Shown here: in pieces, positions 60,301 to 64,000 of the stretch
Numbering within the stretch: the stretch's first letter is position 1
Layout: the number at the start of each line of letters is the position of its first letter
Source of the DNA: Siniperca chuatsi
Lineage: Eukaryota
Length of the DNA stretch: 64,000 nucleotides
Assembly (NCBI RefSeq): GCF_020085105.1
Contig: NC_058053.1
Location: forward strand, 24,413,196 to 24,477,195
Direction of reading: 5' to 3'
Position numbers and translations under genes: made by a program
Notes under the pieces: model-generated
Databases searched by the model: none
Seen by the model: only the letters and a program-made list of their open reading frames with translations
What the model was told of the DNA's origin: nothing

Positions 60301-63300
60301 GTCACCGCAGCTCCACTGCTGTCTGACCAGCTGGACGACTGGCTAGGATTGCGCAGTCGCTGCAGGATGTCTGTGGAGTCTAGGATGCGCGTGTCTCGGT
60401 ATGTTGATCGCTGACTGCTGTCCATGCGCAGTTAGCGAGCCAGCTCGCGTCGTCCCGTACCGTACGCTCGATGTCTGCACCACTGCATGCAGGCTCCGGC
60501 TCGGTACCCTCCCGTGCACGGCCAGCTGACAGTCAGCTCCTTCAGCTGCCCTACAGTCGACCTACTCAGTCCTGTGCAGCTCCCTACTTGCAGCCGTCGT
60601 TGAGCTCGTCAGTCTGATGTAATCTCTGCATTACGAAGTTGGTCCACCTGTATCGCGCGTTACTCGACTTGTCTGCCTGGTCCCAGCACGGATCTAGGCT
60701 GCCAGCGTGCCCCGGCTTCTCGGACTGCCTGACAGGCCACGAAGCTGCACTCGCTCAGCCTAGCAGTGCGCTCGACAGGTGCACTAGCCTGGAGGCGCCT
60801 GCAGATCGCAGTGCTGTCTGCGACTGACGTCTGCTCGCGACGTCTGCCGCGATCAGCTGCGAGACTGAGCGAGCTAGCCAGCTCGCAGCTGACAGACGCA
60901 GCCGTGGCGTCCTGCCGAGTCACGGCGACGTTCAGGAGGCTCAGACCCTAAGCAGCCTGGACTGCAACGATCTCTCCGAGGAGCTCACGGCAACTCTGTC
61001 ATGTCGCCCTCACACTGTTCTGCTACCTCCTACCGAGGACACGTGCTCCAGTCTGCTCCATCGTCTCACTCTCGCCGTGACGTCTGGCAGGCTGCTGGAG
61101 CTCCTCGTCTCGCTACGTGCCACGACCAGTCTGTGCGTCCTAGGACAGCCAGTCCAGGCCTCCAGGTCTACGGAAGCAGCGCGACTCCGTGCCCACCATG
61201 GCTCGCCTGTCCACCACTGCGAGCTGCGATCTTCTCGCTCGCGTGCGCTAGCGACTGCATGACGTCTGGATCATGGACTGAACGTGTACAGTAGACAAGA
61301 GGATCAATCGCATGTTCAGTCATCTCGGCTTGACGTTAGCTGGACTGAGCTTGGACAGGAATGTGCTCCCTGTTCAGTGCTCTACGCGCTCTCGATGTGC
61401 TACATTCTTATGGCAGACTTGAGCATTGCTCTGTGACGTCGACTTAGGGAGCTAAGCCTGACAGGCTGAGGCAATGCTCTGCAGTGCTCCGTCCATGTAG
61501 TATGGAAGTACGTCTATGGTGCTCTCTCCGACAGCTGTGCCAAGTGACACAACGATGACCTATCACGCTCATGCCGATCAGTAGCCGTTACATGCTCATG
61601 TCTAGAACATAACTCAGCCACTCGAGCACTCACCGTTCGAACGTCCAGTATTTCCTAGCGATCAACCGTTGGACGACAGAACGACACTGATGCACTGTAA
61701 GCTGTGACTCAGCTCTGCTTGAAACTTGCCTGCCAAGATATCTGTACCTAGAGTCTGCTGAGTCCACAGTCATGGGATACTAGAAGTGACTGCTCAACTC
61801 TGAAGCCATACTCCTTCAGACAATTTATCCTAGCATGAATACTGATCGCTTAGGCTGCATTGTATGCAGATGCGTGTAGTGTACCTGTACATATGTTCAC
61901 GACTGGCAGCTCTGGACGGATCCAGACTGGGCTGCAGTTGCGCATGTGAAGATGGCCAAACTAGCACAATTCTCATGTTCATGACGTGAGGACGTCTGCA
62001 CTGCTCTGATAGTTTGACACGAGTCTGCAGCTGCACTTGCTACTCCGACATAGCTGTGACAGCTCTAAACTAACTAGTCATCTTCTAGCATCTGAATGCT
62101 GATATTTGATAAACTGGCATTTATAGTACAACTATGAGCACGACCTTGCTGTCACTCATTAGTACTAGCGACTTTGCAATATTATCACTACGAACAGTGT
62201 GACACTATGTCTTACGTATCACGTGCAATCTGTTTGCAGTGAAGCTTAATGTAAATACGACATTGTACTCGTAAGCTCTGGTAGCAGTTTCAGACCTTAA
62301 TTCTCATTCTGTCTTGAATGATGAAGCGACGTGCACTGATCTCATGACTTAACAGCATGTCATGCCATCTACCGTCACGTTGCATGCCAATAGTGCATTC
62401 CATGTCTATATCATGTGAGCCATCATGAAGTTCCAGATTTTCACTGTCTGGCTAGCGGTCTAAGACTGGACAATTGATCAGATTGCATACTGACTGAGTA
62501 CTTAACTCGTCGCAGCCTGACAGTTCAGCTGGAGTGTACTCGTCTAGGCGATGCTGCATTGCAGCAGCTCACGAGCTGGTTCAGCAGGAGCATGCAAGTC
62601 ACTATGACAAATCTGTAAGTCACTTAGCTGACTATCGAATCGTAACTCTCTAGTGAGTCTAGACTCAGCTACTGGCATTCTCACACTGCTTGACGTAATC
62701 AACTGATGATTTCTAGGAACTGCATGTGCTGATCTGGTTCCTGGCTGACATGGTATCCAGAGTATGCTAGGATACTCTCATTAACTATTCAGATTAGTCT
62801 TCTGACAGTAGTAACATGCTGGTCATTACACGTTTAGACAATAACTTATTTGACAGTTATGACACCTGTAACTATATTCTATTAATCTACGCTCCACGTT
62901 ACTGCTAAGCTATGTATTACGTCGCTAGCACTGATCATCTATAGACCTTCGATATGATCTCGCTGCTTCTGCATAAACTTACTAGATTCATTCTGACAGA
63001 GCAACGTAGCTAATTCCATGGAACTTGGACAATGTACCATGTTGATTAGTTCTTCTATCATATTGTCCAGAAGCATAGCCAGATCTCTTTCAGACATGAT
63101 GGACTGTATCTAAGCTATTGTCACATTGAAATTCGTCTGTTGTGAAATTTGCTGATATTTGCTGATAGAGCACAGACTTTGACTTAGTACGTTCTACTGA
63201 AGCCGAATTGTGATTAGTACGTTTTAATATAAATGTACAAGTAATCATTACTATAATTTCTCGTTACATGCTGAAGTCATGTAATACGCATTCGCTGATC

Positions 63301-64000
63301 AGTTTTATAGCAATACGTGTGACTGTTGCAACTCATTAGAGTGATAGCAGAGTGAACTAAGGCTGAGTTTAGGCATGAACTGTCTCAAGATTCGAGTTAA
63401 AGCAACTTCAGATGTCATAGTGATTGAGATAAAGCATCGTTGAGATCACTGAGAGGCTATTCATTTACTGTAAGACACCGACTTCGTGTAATTTCACTGA
63501 CCTAAAGCGTACTGCTGGATGCTTGCATTACGACTGAGACTGTAGAGATCTACTGATCGTTCACTGTGCTTGATCTAGCCGGTGAGTGCTCTCACTCGAT
63601 GACTTTAGCAACGACTGACATTGCGCAGTAGTACCGACGCCTGGTCTATATGTAATCAAGTAAATCTATGTAACTAGCCTGCAGTAGACATTGCATAGAC
63701 TACACAATGAGACATCTCGATGTCGTATGCAGTCGATAGACTCTCTGAATGAGCCACTACTGTGCTGATACGCATCCATACGCGAGACTCCTACCTGGAC
63801 TGCAGCAGAGCACCGTGGACTCAGCCACTAGCATCATTCCTGCCAGTAGACGTCATTCGAGAACAGTTAAGCTGCCACTGCTTGGATACTACTGTAATCT
63901 AGTATCTGTAGTTACTAATGACTTGTAACGTTTGCTTGAACAACTTACGTGCTACTCTTCGAGTGTCTCCTGACTGATCTAAGCTTCTGTACTGCTGTCT
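57311..64000. other. Compositionally anomalous block of unknown origin (random-like or foreign). It has no repeats or microsatellites and no ORF over 100 aa. CpG is not depleted, and GC rises to a maximum near 59-61.3 kb.
   Basis: The junction at 57310/57311 is abrupt and falls in the middle of an exon of unit C. There is no poly-N, no simple repeat and no TE homology to the rest of the window. CG dinucleotides are frequent (acgcgtcgtg, cgatcgagttgacc, cgctcgtagcagcgtg), whereas the rest of the non-exonic window is CpG-poor. Homopolymer runs of 5 or more are essentially absent. The longest ORF is 97 aa. Confidence 0.6.

Noticed and set aside
57311-64000. Eleven short ORFs (60-97 aa) inside the anomalous block, for example 61001-61294 and 60660-60923
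   Set aside because: Their lengths match the expectation for random roughly 55% GC sequence. They have no Kozak or splice context and no overlap-consistent frame. They are not treated as genes.

Overview
This is a teleost-fish-like nuclear genomic window with intron-containing genes, fish-type SINE/LINE/DNA-transposon relics, microsatellites and CpG depletion in intergenic DNA.

Left third (1-8 kb), minus strand:
- The 5' end of a TRIM45 ortholog (RING + B-box1 exon, then B-box2/coiled-coil exon). The gene runs off the left edge of the window.
- A complete 4-exon B7-H4/VTCN1 ortholog (signal, IgV, IgC, hydrophobic-tail exons). This reproduces the TRIM45-VTCN1 neighbourhood known from human 1p13.

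Middle (8-39 kb):
- A 2-exon CALHM/FAM26-family gene on the plus strand, with a LINE fragment in its intron.
- Two tandem C-type-lectin-like type II receptor paralogs on the minus strand; one looks degenerate.
- Several non-autonomous TIR transposons, one carrying a nested MITE.
- A tRNA-derived SINE, LINE2-like RT fragments with (TTCTGA)n tails, and minisatellites.
- A U6 snRNA gene with a compensated 5' stem variant.

41.2-57.3 kb, the most structured feature:
- A head-to-tail tandem array of about 6.91-kb units: two full units and a third cut off at 57,310.
- Each unit carries two copies of an extremely CCAAT-box-dense promoter-like module with a short 5' exon.
- Each unit also carries a 9-11-exon ORF-bearing unit whose encoded protein is low-complexity (Ala/Thr/Pro/acidic) and which I could not assign to a known family, plus a LINE 3' fragment.
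- The copies differ by frame-disrupting indels and share an in-frame TGA, so they look like pseudogenes or a fast-evolving multicopy family.
- A diverged partial inverted paralog of the same unit abuts a LINE 5' fragment at 35.3-36.6 kb.

57,311-64,000:
- The window ends in a roughly 6.7-kb block with very different properties. It joins abruptly in the middle of an exon of the third unit.
- It has no repeats or microsatellites, and CpG is not depleted.
- It has no ORF over 100 aa and shows a smooth GC hump.
- It looks random or foreign. I flag it as the single most anomalous region, but no function can be read from it.
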